A stretch of 58,891 bases of DNA, counting the filler. It is 3 parts of 3 records of this genome, joined end to end, with 100 filler letters (N's around TTAATTAATTAA, not from the genome) between each part and the next. Parts side by side here need not be neighbours in the genome. Positions count along the whole stretch, not along the records: positions 1 to 27,125 come from DRR378314_586; 2 more parts are not named here. One strand, written 5' to 3'. The notes beneath the pieces were generated by a model. It made no database searches. It had not been told where the DNA came from and saw only the letters and a list, made by a program, of their open reading frames with translations. Below, in pieces: positions 1 through 9,188 of the stretch. The stretch's first letter is position 1; every line of letters starts with the position of its first letter. The translations under genes were made by a program, and so were the position numbers.

Positions 1-1
1 T

Positions 2-484
2 GTCATCGTCGTCGTCACCGCCGTCCGTCGGGGGGAGGGGGGTATCGTCATCGTCGTCCTCATCCTCGTCGTCTTCGTCCTCGTCGCCCCCGCAGCGATC
101 ATCATCGTCGCGATCCCACCACCGGTGGCCCCGTCCGCCGCGGTCATCGTCATCGCGGTCTCGGCCCCAACGCCCCCAGCGACCGCCACGCCCGCCATCA
201 TCATCGCAGTCATCGTCGCGGTGGTCCTGATCGTCATCCCGGTCCTCATCCCGGTCACGCCCGCGACCATGACCCCAGCCGAAGTCCCACCCGCTGCGGC
301 CATCATCCTGATCATCATCGTGATCACGCCAGGATTTTGACTTTCCGCTGCAGCCCGACCAGGCGTCGTAGGTCCAGCCGTGATTGCTCCAACTGCTGTA
401 GTTGCCGCCAAAATGTGATTTGCCGCCGAAGTTGTAGGACCTCCCCCACGAGAAACCGCCCCACCCAAAAGAACCCCAAGACAT
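2..484 (-). CDS. 5' part of a low-complexity Trp/Gly/Ser-rich then Asp/Arg/Gly-rich protein (runs off the window edge, no stop seen)
   Basis: Manual translation from ATG at 484 (SD-like AAGGA 8 nt upstream) stays open for 161 codons to the window start: MSWGSFGWGGFSWGRSYNFGGKSHFGGNYSSWSNHGWTYDAWSGCSGKSKSWRDHDDDQDDGRSGWDFGWGHGRGRDRDEDRDDD...DEDEDDEDEDDDDDTPLPPTDGGDDDDD. It is absent from the ORF track because it has no stop codon in the window. Confidence 0.75.
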   Translation of the reverse strand, partial: MSWGSFGWGGFSWGRSYNFGGKSHFGGNYSSWSNHGWTYDAWSGCSGKSKSWRDHDDDQDDGRSGWDFGWGHGRGRDRDEDRDDDQDHRDDDCDDDGGRGGRWGRWGRDRDDDDRGGRGHRWWDRDDDDRCGGDEDEDDEDEDDDDDTPLPPTDGGDDDDD

Positions 485-792
485 GGTTGCTATCCTTCTT
501 CCACTTGTCCCAAAAGCCAACAGGCAGCCCGCAGGCGTGCTTCAATGACGAACATCGAAGAAGAACACATGCTGACTGCAAGGATGCAGACTATGAAGGC
601 GAGCGCTCGCGCCTTAGTTTTTTCTTAAATTCTATTAAAATTTGCCGCGATGTGGCGGTGGAACTCGAGTATTGAGCTGCAAATGGATGCATTGTTTCCG
701 CTGCGTCACCAATCCGCATTCATGGTTGCGAAGATTCGCTGCGCCGGCACAGTTCCGACTTAGTCACGAGCGTCAGAGATTAGGAATGAGCG

Positions 793-1599
793 ATGCAGCA
801 GGCTGAAGATTTTCGCGAAGAGAGTAGTGTGCTGTTCGCCCTGCTCGCAGTGGCCCCCGAAGAGGTGTTCGACACTGTGACACAATTCAAGGGCTGGACG
901 GTGAATGATGTCTTGGGGCATTTGCATTTCTTTAACGCGGCAGCAGAAGCCGCGCTGGCGGGACCGGAGGCATTCGAGGCCATGATGGCCCCTGCAATGG
1001 CGGAGCTTTCAGGCGGTGCCAGCATACTGGAGCTGCAAATTCCGTGGCTTGGCGGGCGCCGTGGTCCCGATTTGTTTCGGGCATGGCACGCGGGCACGGG
1101 CAGGCTTTCCGAGGCTTATCGGCACGCGGATCCCAAAGCACGTGTGCGTTGGGTTGGGCCTGACATGAGCGCACTCAGCGCGATCACTGCCCGGCAAATG
1201 GAAACCTGGGCACATGGGCAGGAGATTTTTGACCTGCTGGGCCAAGTGCGGCCAGAATCGGACCGGGTCCGCAATATTGCCCATCTGGGTGTCGCGACAT
1301 TCGCCTGGAGCTTTCGGGTCCACGGGCAGGCGGTTCCGGAACCCGCGCCGCATGTGGTGCTCACGGCGCCTTCGGGTGAGGTCTGGACCTGGAACACGCC
1401 GCAGGAGGGCAATCGGATCGAGGGATCTGCCGTTGAGTTTGCGCAAATCGTCACGCAGGTGCGTCATTGGTCGGATACTCAAGTCAAGGCGACCAATGGC
1501 ACGGCGCGACAGTGGATGATGCAGGCGCAGTGTTTTGCCGGCCCCCCGACAACACCGCCAGTTCCGGGGACGCGATTTTGTCTGCGTAAGCCGAGCTAG
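793..1599 (+). CDS. TIGR03084-like metal-binding protein (DinB/MDMPI N-terminal domain)
   Basis: 268 aa with GWTVNDVLGHL and ARQMETWAHGQEI motifs of the MDMPI/DinB-like family, and C-terminal A..WM..AQCFAGPP typical of TIGR03084 proteins. Confidence 0.75.
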   Translation: MQQAEDFREESSVLFALLAVAPEEVFDTVTQFKGWTVNDVLGHLHFFNAAAEAALAGPEAFEAMMAPAMAELSGGASILELQIPWLGGRRGPDLFRAWHAGTGRLSEAYRHADPKARVRWVGPDMSALSAITARQMETWAHGQEIFDLLGQVRPESDRVRNIAHLGVATFAWSFRVHGQAVPEPAPHVVLTAPSGEVWTWNTPQEGNRIEGSAVEFAQIVTQVRHWSDTQVKATNGTARQWMMQAQCFAGPPTTPPVPGTRFCLRKPS

Positions 1600-1620
1600 C
1601 GTTGTCGCTCAAGGGAGGTG

Positions 1621-2436
1621 TTAGTCATCCGGTGTGGCGCGCAGTCGCTCGTAGGCGCTGATGTAGCCTGCAAGCGTCATGCGCGCCTCGTCTGTTTCGG
1701 TGACCGGCACAAACTGTCCCGCGAGCGCCTTCTTGTAGGGCGCGGCCAGCGGGGCCGGGGCAATCAGTGCCAGATTTTGCCCAAGCCAGTAGGCCCGAGA
1801 AGCCGCCAGTTCAGCCCCGAGCGCCGCCCCCCAAATCTGCCCCAGCGCAGCCCCATCATTCAGCGCGCCTGTTGCCCAGAGCAGCCGGGTTTCGGCGGTG
1901 CGCAAGGCAAGGTTCTCGGGCTTTGATGTGACGTCCTGCAAATGATCCGAAAGGGTGTTTGCATCGGGCATGGTCTGGTGAATGTCCACCGGGCTGAGGG
2001 CTTCTACCAGTGGCACGGTTGCGAAGGCCAGAACGCTTACCACTTCGTTCGCACTGATGAGCGCCCAAACCGTGGTGTCAAAACCGGGAAGGCAAATCAC
2101 GCCATCCCAATCCTTGTTCAGTCTGAGGAAGCCGGCGATCCGGTTGGCCGCGCCGGCGAGCCGCGCATGGGGGCGCGCCTGTGAAAGGGCAGAGATCGTG
2201 TGTATCGTGCCGGATTGGGATATCTTTAACGTCGAGGGGCTGGCTGGGAGTGAGGTGGCGTCTGTATCTGCACCCGCAGCCGTCAGGACAGGGCAATTCG
2301 GCGCTAGCGCACAAGCCTGTTCTAATCCATCGATCACCACCGGGCTACCGGAGGGAGCGGTTCCTGACATTTTCCAGGCCCTTGGGGGGCGATGTTCTTT
2401 GTCGAAGGCGATCCAGATATCCGCGGTGTCTGTCAT
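1621..2436 (-). CDS. 2-dehydro-3-deoxygalactonokinase (DgoK)-like protein with degenerate kinase motifs
   Basis: DWDGVICLPG..TVWALISANEVVS and G.ELAASRAYWLGQ resemble DgoK; the canonical DWGTS and MRGEETQ motifs are not retained. Confidence 0.65.
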   Translation of the reverse strand: MTDTADIWIAFDKEHRPPRAWKMSGTAPSGSPVVIDGLEQACALAPNCPVLTAAGADTDATSLPASPSTLKISQSGTIHTISALSQARPHARLAGAANRIAGFLRLNKDWDGVICLPGFDTTVWALISANEVVSVLAFATVPLVEALSPVDIHQTMPDANTLSDHLQDVTSKPENLALRTAETRLLWATGALNDGAALGQIWGAALGAELAASRAYWLGQNLALIAPAPLAAPYKKALAGQFVPVTETDEARMTLAGYISAYERLRATPDD

Positions 2437-2890
2437 GGGGGCCTCGGGGTTGAGTTCCTATCTACACCCTGATGCCTCGAAATTAAGCAGAACTCAATCG
2501 CTCCACCCGACACCCCTCAGGTTAGCAGCCCTATACTTTTGGTTTGGCGAATTAGACCGAAGCAATGCTGAGATTTTTATCTACTTGGAATATACATAAG
2601 AGGCGGCGAACGAACGTGCGCGAAAGGCTTTGAGGCTGGTAAGGGTGAGCCTTGCGACCTAATTCCGTTTGCCTTCTGCGCAACAGTTCGGAACTTTTTC
2701 GACACTTTTCGCTTACGGACTATGTTACTTTTTGAAATCTGTTAGCGCGTACTAGTCTTTGAAGTATGCGTATCTGTGAGGTCCAAGAAATGTATAGGGT
2801 TGGCGATATAGCAACAGCCCAGGGCGGGGCGCTCAAGCAAGCAGTTCGCCAGTGTTCCAGCGCGCGTATTCTGCATGCGGAGGGTAAGTT

Positions 2891-3919
2891 GTGAAAGATG
2901 TCTTTGCCCCGAACGGCGGGATGTTCCTAGCGCGACTCGCGGAATATGTATCGGGGAAAGGGCACGATTTCTCCAGTCTGGTGAGAGAACAGCTCTCCAT
3001 TCCCGAAGCGTTAGATGATCCCGCGCAGGCCTTGCCGGTGCACGAGCATTCACTTGCTTTCGAGGTGGCCGAGCGCATCTGCGCAGATCCGCTGATCGGG
3101 TACTCGCTCGCGCACCACTGCACGCTGCGAGACGCGGGCTTGGTCGGTTATGCTGTTGGTGCTTCTGCGACGGTGGGCGAGGCGTTGCGTACACTGACAA
3201 GTCTGAGTGGAGTCTTCGAGGTTGCCAATGTGGAGCTGTCGCCCGGGTCGGGCACAGGCCAGGTCGAACTGCGGTGGGACTACGGATCCCAGGGCAAGCT
3301 CGACCTGCGTCATTGGAGTGAGTTTACGGCCGCATTGCTGGTGCGCAATCTGAACAAGCTGACACGGGGGACGGTTGCACCGGTTGCGGTAGATTTCATG
3401 CATATCCCGCCGGCCAAGCCAGAAATCTCGATATCCGTCTTTGGACTGAAGCCGGGCTATCGGGCGCGCTGCAATCGTTTGGGGTTTCGCCAACAGGATT
3501 TGCAACAGCCGTTGGTGAGTGCCGACGCCGGGTTGCTACGCCTTTTGATGGAGCACGCGGCGCTTCAGCGTCGGGGGCCTGAGCATGGTCGAAATGACCT
3601 TTCGATCAAGGTTGAGCGTCTGATCATGGATGGCATGTCCGATGGAGACGCCAGCCTCGCCAAGGTTGCGGAATTGCTGGAGATGAGCCAGCGGACATTG
3701 TCCCGCAAGTTGGCCGCCGAGGGCACCAGTTTCTTTGCGATCCTTGAGGGGGTGCGGAAATCTCTCTCGCTGCGTTATCTGCGTCAAAACGAAAAATCCC
3801 TGTCAGAAATCTCATTCCTCCTCGGGTATTCCAGTCTGAGCAGTTTCAATGACGCGTTTCGCCGCTGGCATGATCAAAGCCCTGGCAGTTACCGAACTCA
3901 GGCGCTGAAATCGTCCTGA
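2891..3919 (+). CDS. AraC/XylS family transcriptional regulator (Arabinose_bd_2-type N-terminal domain)
   Basis: C-terminal double HTH: LAKVAELLEMSQRTLSRKLAAEGTSF...SLSEISFLLGYSSLSSFNDAFRRWHDQSPGSYR. Confidence 0.92.
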   Translation: MKDVFAPNGGMFLARLAEYVSGKGHDFSSLVREQLSIPEALDDPAQALPVHEHSLAFEVAERICADPLIGYSLAHHCTLRDAGLVGYAVGASATVGEALRTLTSLSGVFEVANVELSPGSGTGQVELRWDYGSQGKLDLRHWSEFTAALLVRNLNKLTRGTVAPVAVDFMHIPPAKPEISISVFGLKPGYRARCNRLGFRQQDLQQPLVSADAGLLRLLMEHAALQRRGPEHGRNDLSIKVERLIMDGMSDGDASLAKVAELLEMSQRTLSRKLAAEGTSFFAILEGVRKSLSLRYLRQNEKSLSEISFLLGYSSLSSFNDAFRRWHDQSPGSYRTQALKSS

Positions 3920-4278
3920 GATCGCTTGCGATGCCCCTTGCAGGTGATTCTTCACGGTGGTGGATTGAGGTCACAACACATCACTTTGTAAACAAATCCC
4001 ATCCTGAGCATGGACTGTTTCGTGTTTTTCTCTCAAAACGCGCCTGTGGATACTCATGATAACCATTTGGTCAGATTTACATCGATTTTTCTATAAATAA
4101 GATATTTTTAGGGACGAAGTTAGGGAGCACTTGGTGCACCCGGCACACTGACATTGATCGTTAGGGCTATCACCTGGGGGGTGAACCTTTCCGATAGCAC
4201 CCGGTTTCAGGGGATTGGAACCTCGGTGCCGCCTTTATTTTGAGGCCTGCGCAGTGTGTGGTTTTTGGGGGTTAGAAA

Positions 4279-4992
4279 ATGAAAACACTGGATCAAGGGG
4301 CGATCGCAGTTGCTGGAATGCAGGATTTTCCAGAGCTGGCCCTGGCTTCTTCATTTCGGGAGGCCGACGCCGATTATGGACATGGGGGCTATGCGAGATA
4401 CGGCAAACGCCTTCTGGATGTAGCGCTGGTCCTTCTTGCGTTGCCTATCGTTATCCCTCTCATTGCGTTCTGCGCGATCGCATTGTGGATTGAGAGTGGC
4501 GTGCCGATCTATCGTCAGAAACGCCTAGGGCAGGACGGTCGTGTCTTCAGCATGCTGAAACTCCGCACCATGGTTTGGAATGCGGACGCTTTGCTGGAAG
4601 CGCATCTGCAACAAAACCCGGCGCTGCGTCGGGAGTGGGACCAATGCCAAAAAATCAAAAAAGACCCGCGGATCACCCGGTTTGGGCGTTTTTTACGTGC
4701 CACGTCGCTCGATGAGCTGCCGCAGCTGTTTAACGTGCTTGTCGGGGACATGAGCTTGGTGGGCGCGCGCCCGATGATGGTCAACCAGTTGTCGATCTAC
4801 GGGAAAGCCGATGCTTATTTCGCGCTGCGACCGGGCATCACTGGTCCTTGGCAGGTTGGGGAACGCAACGAAACCAGCTTTTGCCAGCGGGCCAAGATCG
4901 ACGAACTCTATTGCCGGGACGTGTCCCTGCGAACGGATCTGCAAATACTGTTCAAGACCGTTTCGGTGATGTTGCGTAGCACTGGCTACTGA
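4279..4992 (+). CDS. Priming sugar transferase (undecaprenyl-phosphate phosphoglycosyltransferase, ExoY/WcaJ C-terminal type)
   Basis: KRLLDV-TM segment, KLRTM, DPRITRFGRFLRATSLDELPQLFNVLVGDMSLVGARP, RPGITGPWQV. Confidence 0.93.
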   Translation: MKTLDQGAIAVAGMQDFPELALASSFREADADYGHGGYARYGKRLLDVALVLLALPIVIPLIAFCAIALWIESGVPIYRQKRLGQDGRVFSMLKLRTMVWNADALLEAHLQQNPALRREWDQCQKIKKDPRITRFGRFLRATSLDELPQLFNVLVGDMSLVGARPMMVNQLSIYGKADAYFALRPGITGPWQVGERNETSFCQRAKIDELYCRDVSLRTDLQILFKTVSVMLRSTGY

Positions 4993-5139
4993 GAGGAACG
5001 AGAACGGCGCCTCTGCCAAATGGCGCGCCGGACGTGTGAATTCTAAGTTTCTTACAGGTGCGGCGTGAAAGATTATGTTGATCACAATGGCGTAGATATA
5101 GCGTCCATAAAATACTTGGATGATGATGGTGACGCACCA

Positions 5140-6318
5140 ATGACGGACCAGGGGTTCAGGAAATTCCGGCGGCGACGGAGCAAGCGCGAAGAGACGCCTG
5201 CTCAGGACACCGCGCGGCCTGTTCCACAGAAAGACCCCGCGCCACAGGACAAAGCGGACGATGTTGCGCCCGTGAAACCGGTGCGTCCGGTCCGCCCAGT
5301 GCGCCCTGAGACGTTTGCTGTGCAGTCGACAGCGCGTCCCGCCGTTCAAGCCACTGACCGCACTTCCAAAAATAAACCAAAAGCGGGCGAGCCTGCCCAG
5401 CCTGCGACCGCCGCGCCGCGACACGCTGAGGCCGGTGCCCGGCGGGACGTCGATACGCTGGACGTACTGCAGGACCGCTCGCGCGGGTTTGCAGAGGCCC
5501 GTCCTGATCCGCTGGAATGGACCGTGAAACAGACATCGGAGCCGCAGGACATCGTTCAATCATCAGAACCGGAGCAGAAGCTACCGGCGCATCTGCCCGA
5601 CCCTTGGCATGTCATGCGGCGCGTCGAGGTCACAGGCCTGAGTGAGCACCGCAGTCGCCTGCCGCTGGTCGATTTCTTTCGACAGTCCCCGACTGCGCGT
5701 GCGTTTGACCTGCTCCGCACCAGAATGCTGCATACATTGCGGGCGCAAGGCTGGACACGGGTTGCAATCTGCGGCCCGACCCCCGGATGTGGTGCCAGCT
5801 TTACGGCGGCGAACCTCGCTCTCAGTCTGGCGCGTGTGCCGGAGAGCCGTACGCTGCTGATGGATCTCAACATGCGCAACCCCGGAGTTGCCACTGCTTT
5901 GGGACTGGAACGGGCCGCGCTTTATAACGGTGATATGCTTGGGTTTCTGCGCGGAGAGTTGCGGTTGGAGGAACATTTTGTCGCCGCATCCGACCGGTTG
6001 GCACTGGGGTTGAGTACCTCGATCTTTCACAACTCGGCAGAGGTGCTTCATGAATCTCGCTGTGCTTCCATCATTGATGAGGTGATCCGGCGTACACGCG
6101 CGGATGTGGCGCTCTTTGATCTGCCGCCGGTGCTTCATAGCGATGATGTGGCGGCGTTCCTTCCACAAGTCGACGGTGTTCTACTGGTTTCCGACGGTAG
6201 CGAGACGACCGCACGCCACCTGAAGGCCTGCGAAAAGATGTTGGCAGGACATACACAGCTCTTGGGAGTGGTTTTGAACCGCGCCCGAAATGATGAAGAG
6301 TTCACCAGCGCCTCCTGA
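5140..6318 (+). CDS. CpsD/CapB (BY-kinase)-family protein with degenerate Walker A and long Pro-rich N-terminus
   Basis: AFDLLRTR, GPTPGCGASFTAANLA, LLMDLNMRNP, LFDLPPVL..DD, LLGVVLNRA. ATG at 5140 preferred over the track's GTG at 5065. Confidence 0.85.
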   Translation: MTDQGFRKFRRRRSKREETPAQDTARPVPQKDPAPQDKADDVAPVKPVRPVRPVRPETFAVQSTARPAVQATDRTSKNKPKAGEPAQPATAAPRHAEAGARRDVDTLDVLQDRSRGFAEARPDPLEWTVKQTSEPQDIVQSSEPEQKLPAHLPDPWHVMRRVEVTGLSEHRSRLPLVDFFRQSPTARAFDLLRTRMLHTLRAQGWTRVAICGPTPGCGASFTAANLALSLARVPESRTLLMDLNMRNPGVATALGLERAALYNGDMLGFLRGELRLEEHFVAASDRLALGLSTSIFHNSAEVLHESRCASIIDEVIRRTRADVALFDLPPVLHSDDVAAFLPQVDGVLLVSDGSETTARHLKACEKMLAGHTQLLGVVLNRARNDEEFTSAS

Positions 6319-6350
6319 TGGGGGCATGGCAACAGCGAACGGGAACCGGC

Positions 6351-7616
6351 ATGGCTTCGATCTATTCAGTTGCAGATTTTCTGGACCTGCTGCGCCGTAG
6401 GCTGGGGCTAATACTGACGGTGACCTGCCTGGGTGCAGTCGCTTCCGTTTGGTTCGCGTTGCAGCAGCAACCAATATATTCCAGTACCGAAGTCATCCAG
6501 ATTACCCGTCCGAAGATCGCAGGGGAACTGGCCCGGTCCACCGTTGAAGGATCTTCGGCACGGCGCATCCAGCTGATTGAGCAGCGCCTGATGGCGCGGG
6601 GCACCATCCTGGAGATTGCCGATCAACTGGATATATTTTCCGATCAACCCGGCCTGCTGGCGTCAGAAATCGTTCCGATGATGCGCAGATCCGTCTCCTT
6701 GACCGGCACCGCTGCGGCGCGCGAGGGGGCCTCGGACGATGGCGCGATTTCCGTCCTGTCCATCACGGCAAATATGCCCACCCGCGCGCAGGCTCAGGCG
6801 GTGGCACAGGAATTTTCGCAGCGCACCATCGCATTGAGCCGGTCAACGCGCTTGGACCAAGCGCGGGAAACACTTTCTTTCTTCAACGAAAAGGAAACTG
6901 CGCTGATCCGGAATATCTCAGCGCTGGAGGAAGAGCTTGCCAATTTTCGCTATGAGAACGAGGTGACGTTGCCCGGGATCATCGAGATGCGCGGCACCGA
7001 AATCGCGTCCATCAACGAGAGCCTGCTGGAACTGGCCCGTCAGGAAATCGAGATCCGCAAAGTCGCGGAAGAAGCCGCCGCAACGCAGCGTACGGCCTAT
7101 GCCGAGCGGATTCGCAAGGACTATGAAACACAGGTTGAAACACTGAACGCGCAGCGACAGTTGTTGCTGGACCGTCGCGCAGAGATGGAAGCGTCTTTGG
7201 AACTGACGCCGGAAGTGGATCGTCAACTGGCGAGCTATGAGCGTCGGCACCAGCAGATGCAGTCGGAGCTTGAAGTGATCACTGCGCGCCGCGCCGAAGC
7301 GGAGGTTGGCTTCCGCCTCGAAACGGCCAGCCAGGGGGAGCGCCTGACCGTGCTCGAACCTGCGCCTTTGCCGGATTATGCCGTCGGCGGGGGGCGGAAA
7401 TCTCTGGCGCTCAAAGGCGGGCTGGTCAGTCTGGTGCTGGGGGTTATCGCGGCCTTCGCAATGGATCTACGCCATCCCGTTTTGCGAACCAGTGCGCAGA
7501 TGAAACGCGAAACGGGCCTGTCGCCCGTGGTTACAATCCCGGTCCTGAAGACGCAGCCCAAAGGGCTGGCGCATAGGCTGCGGGGCATTCGGACTCGCCG
7601 CTCCGCCCGTGGTTGA
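6351..7616 (+). CDS. Wzz/GumC-type polysaccharide co-polymerase (chain-length determinant)
   Basis: DFLDLLRRR then a TM segment, long coiled-coil, GERLTVLEPAPLP and C-terminal TM. An alternative in-frame ATG at 6318 overlaps the upstream stop (TGATG). Confidence 0.85.
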   Translation: MASIYSVADFLDLLRRRLGLILTVTCLGAVASVWFALQQQPIYSSTEVIQITRPKIAGELARSTVEGSSARRIQLIEQRLMARGTILEIADQLDIFSDQPGLLASEIVPMMRRSVSLTGTAAAREGASDDGAISVLSITANMPTRAQAQAVAQEFSQRTIALSRSTRLDQARETLSFFNEKETALIRNISALEEELANFRYENEVTLPGIIEMRGTEIASINESLLELARQEIEIRKVAEEAAATQRTAYAERIRKDYETQVETLNAQRQLLLDRRAEMEASLELTPEVDRQLASYERRHQQMQSELEVITARRAEAEVGFRLETASQGERLTVLEPAPLPDYAVGGGRKSLALKGGLVSLVLGVIAAFAMDLRHPVLRTSAQMKRETGLSPVVTIPVLKTQPKGLAHRLRGIRTRRSARG

Positions 7617-7630
7617 CGCGCTCACGCCCG

Positions 7631-8986
7631 TTAGAGCAACCCCAAAGTCGAGCCGATCCCGTCCCAATGATAGGCCAGAGCGCCGCAGCAGATCACGCTG
7701 CTGATACTCAGGAAAACCAGATCGTGAACCGGGTCTTGTGCGCGGTAGGGGCGCGTCTGGCGCATCAGCATCGGATAGGAGACCACCACCGCGAGCCCCA
7801 TGGCCGCGATCCCGCCGGCCAGGCCGAATGATGTGACACCTGCCAGAAACAAGGCAGTCTGAACAAAGGCACGGGTGGCGGTGTAGAAAAAGAACCTCTT
7901 GGTGTCTCCAGCCGCCAGAGAGGCTCGATCATACGTCAAAACGATGATCGAGGGGGCGAGGCTTGTGGTCAGCATAACGATAACAGGCCCGGCCATTGCA
8001 TATCGGTCGTCATAGAGCAGATCGACCAGCCAGGGCCCGATCCAGGCCATCGTCCACAACATGCACAGGATCCCCCCGGTCAGGGCATAGCGCAGCTGTC
8101 GCTGCTTCTTGCGGTTCTGATCGCTGTGAAGGGCGGGCTTGTCCCGATAGACCGGGATCATCAAGCGTTGGTTGACCTCCTGTCCCATCTGCATCGGGAA
8201 ACTGGCCAGGAAAAACGCGATGTTATAGATGCCCATCGCCTCAAGCGTCAGGTGTTTGCCAAGGATCGCCCGGTCGCCTTGTGTGGTGAGGAAGAAACAG
8301 GCGGTGGAGAGAAAGATCCATTTTCCCATGCCGATCAGCTCATGAGTTGCCGCAGGCTCCCAGCGGGGGCGATTGCGCCGGCCGGGAAGCGCGAGATGCG
8401 TCAGGGCCAGTTTTGCAGCTTCTTGCAGGACGCTGCCGATCGCCAGTGCCACCACGGATTGCATCCAGATCGCCAGTGTCACCATGCTGAGGATACCGCA
8501 GATCTGCGCGGCCAGATTGATCGCGGTGACGCGGCCGACAAGGAGGTGACGATAGGCTGTTTCCACCCGCGTGGGCGTGAACCCCTGCAAAGCGAGGCTG
8601 AAGCCTGCGATGGGCAGGCAGTAGGCGAGTTCTGGTGCGTTGTAGAACGCGGCCACAGGCAGTGCGAGAAGGCCGGTCAGCAACCAGAGAAGGCCGCCTC
8701 GGCAGATTTGTACGGTCCAGGCGGAATCCAGAAAATCCGGATCGTCCCCGCGCGGGTTTTGGGCAATCGCGTTGGAGATCCCCATGTCGGAAAACAGCGA
8801 CAGGCCGATAATGATGACCGTGACCAATGCCATCAGGCCGAAGGCTTCGGGAAAGAGGAGGCGTGTCAGCAGCAGGTTGGATGCCAGGCGCAAAACCTGC
8901 CCCACGCCAAAGCCGAGGAGTATCCAGGATGTGGATCTTACGACGCGTGCCATCAGGCTCTGGCCGTTCAGGGCAAGTTTCATCAT
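7631..8986 (-). CDS. wzx: Oligosaccharide flippase (Wzx/PST family)
   Basis: 451 aa multi-TM protein with LRLASNLLLTRLLFPEAFGLMAL...LFSDMGI N-terminal signature. Confidence 0.88.
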   Translation of the reverse strand: MMKLALNGQSLMARVVRSTSWILLGFGVGQVLRLASNLLLTRLLFPEAFGLMALVTVIIIGLSLFSDMGISNAIAQNPRGDDPDFLDSAWTVQICRGGLLWLLTGLLALPVAAFYNAPELAYCLPIAGFSLALQGFTPTRVETAYRHLLVGRVTAINLAAQICGILSMVTLAIWMQSVVALAIGSVLQEAAKLALTHLALPGRRNRPRWEPAATHELIGMGKWIFLSTACFFLTTQGDRAILGKHLTLEAMGIYNIAFFLASFPMQMGQEVNQRLMIPVYRDKPALHSDQNRKKQRQLRYALTGGILCMLWTMAWIGPWLVDLLYDDRYAMAGPVIVMLTTSLAPSIIVLTYDRASLAAGDTKRFFFYTATRAFVQTALFLAGVTSFGLAGGIAAMGLAVVVSYPMLMRQTRPYRAQDPVHDLVFLSISSVICCGALAYHWDGIGSTLGLL

Positions 8987-9188
8987 AGTCCACAGCGCGA
9001 TTGCAAGTTGGCTGCACGCTATGGCCGCGCTGCGGCAAGGTCAATTGCAGGACGCTGTCAACAGGCAGACAATATGGCTGTTAGGCCCGATTGCGGCGAA
9101 GGCGTTGAAAGTCTGTGCTGTTGATGCTGGGCAAAACCATGCGCGGTGGCTAGGGTGCGAACCGGACGCCCGACAGGAAGGGAAACGC

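Noticed and set aside
125-340. Hydrophobic 71-aa plus-strand ORF resembling a membrane peptide
   Set aside because: It is the antisense shadow of Asp codons (GAT/GAC read as ATC/GTC) in the minus-strand ORF, which has an ATG and SD.
614-638. CtrA-like site (TTAA-N7-CTAA on the minus strand; also TTAA-N6-TTAA) upstream of the low-complexity gene
   Set aside because: Imperfect match or wrong spacing within an AT-rich patch; not supportable without conservation data.
8772-9188. 139-aa N-terminal extension of the GT4 ORF in the track
   Set aside because: It overlaps the flippase start on the opposite strand; GT4 similarity begins at GTG 9189, which has an SD.
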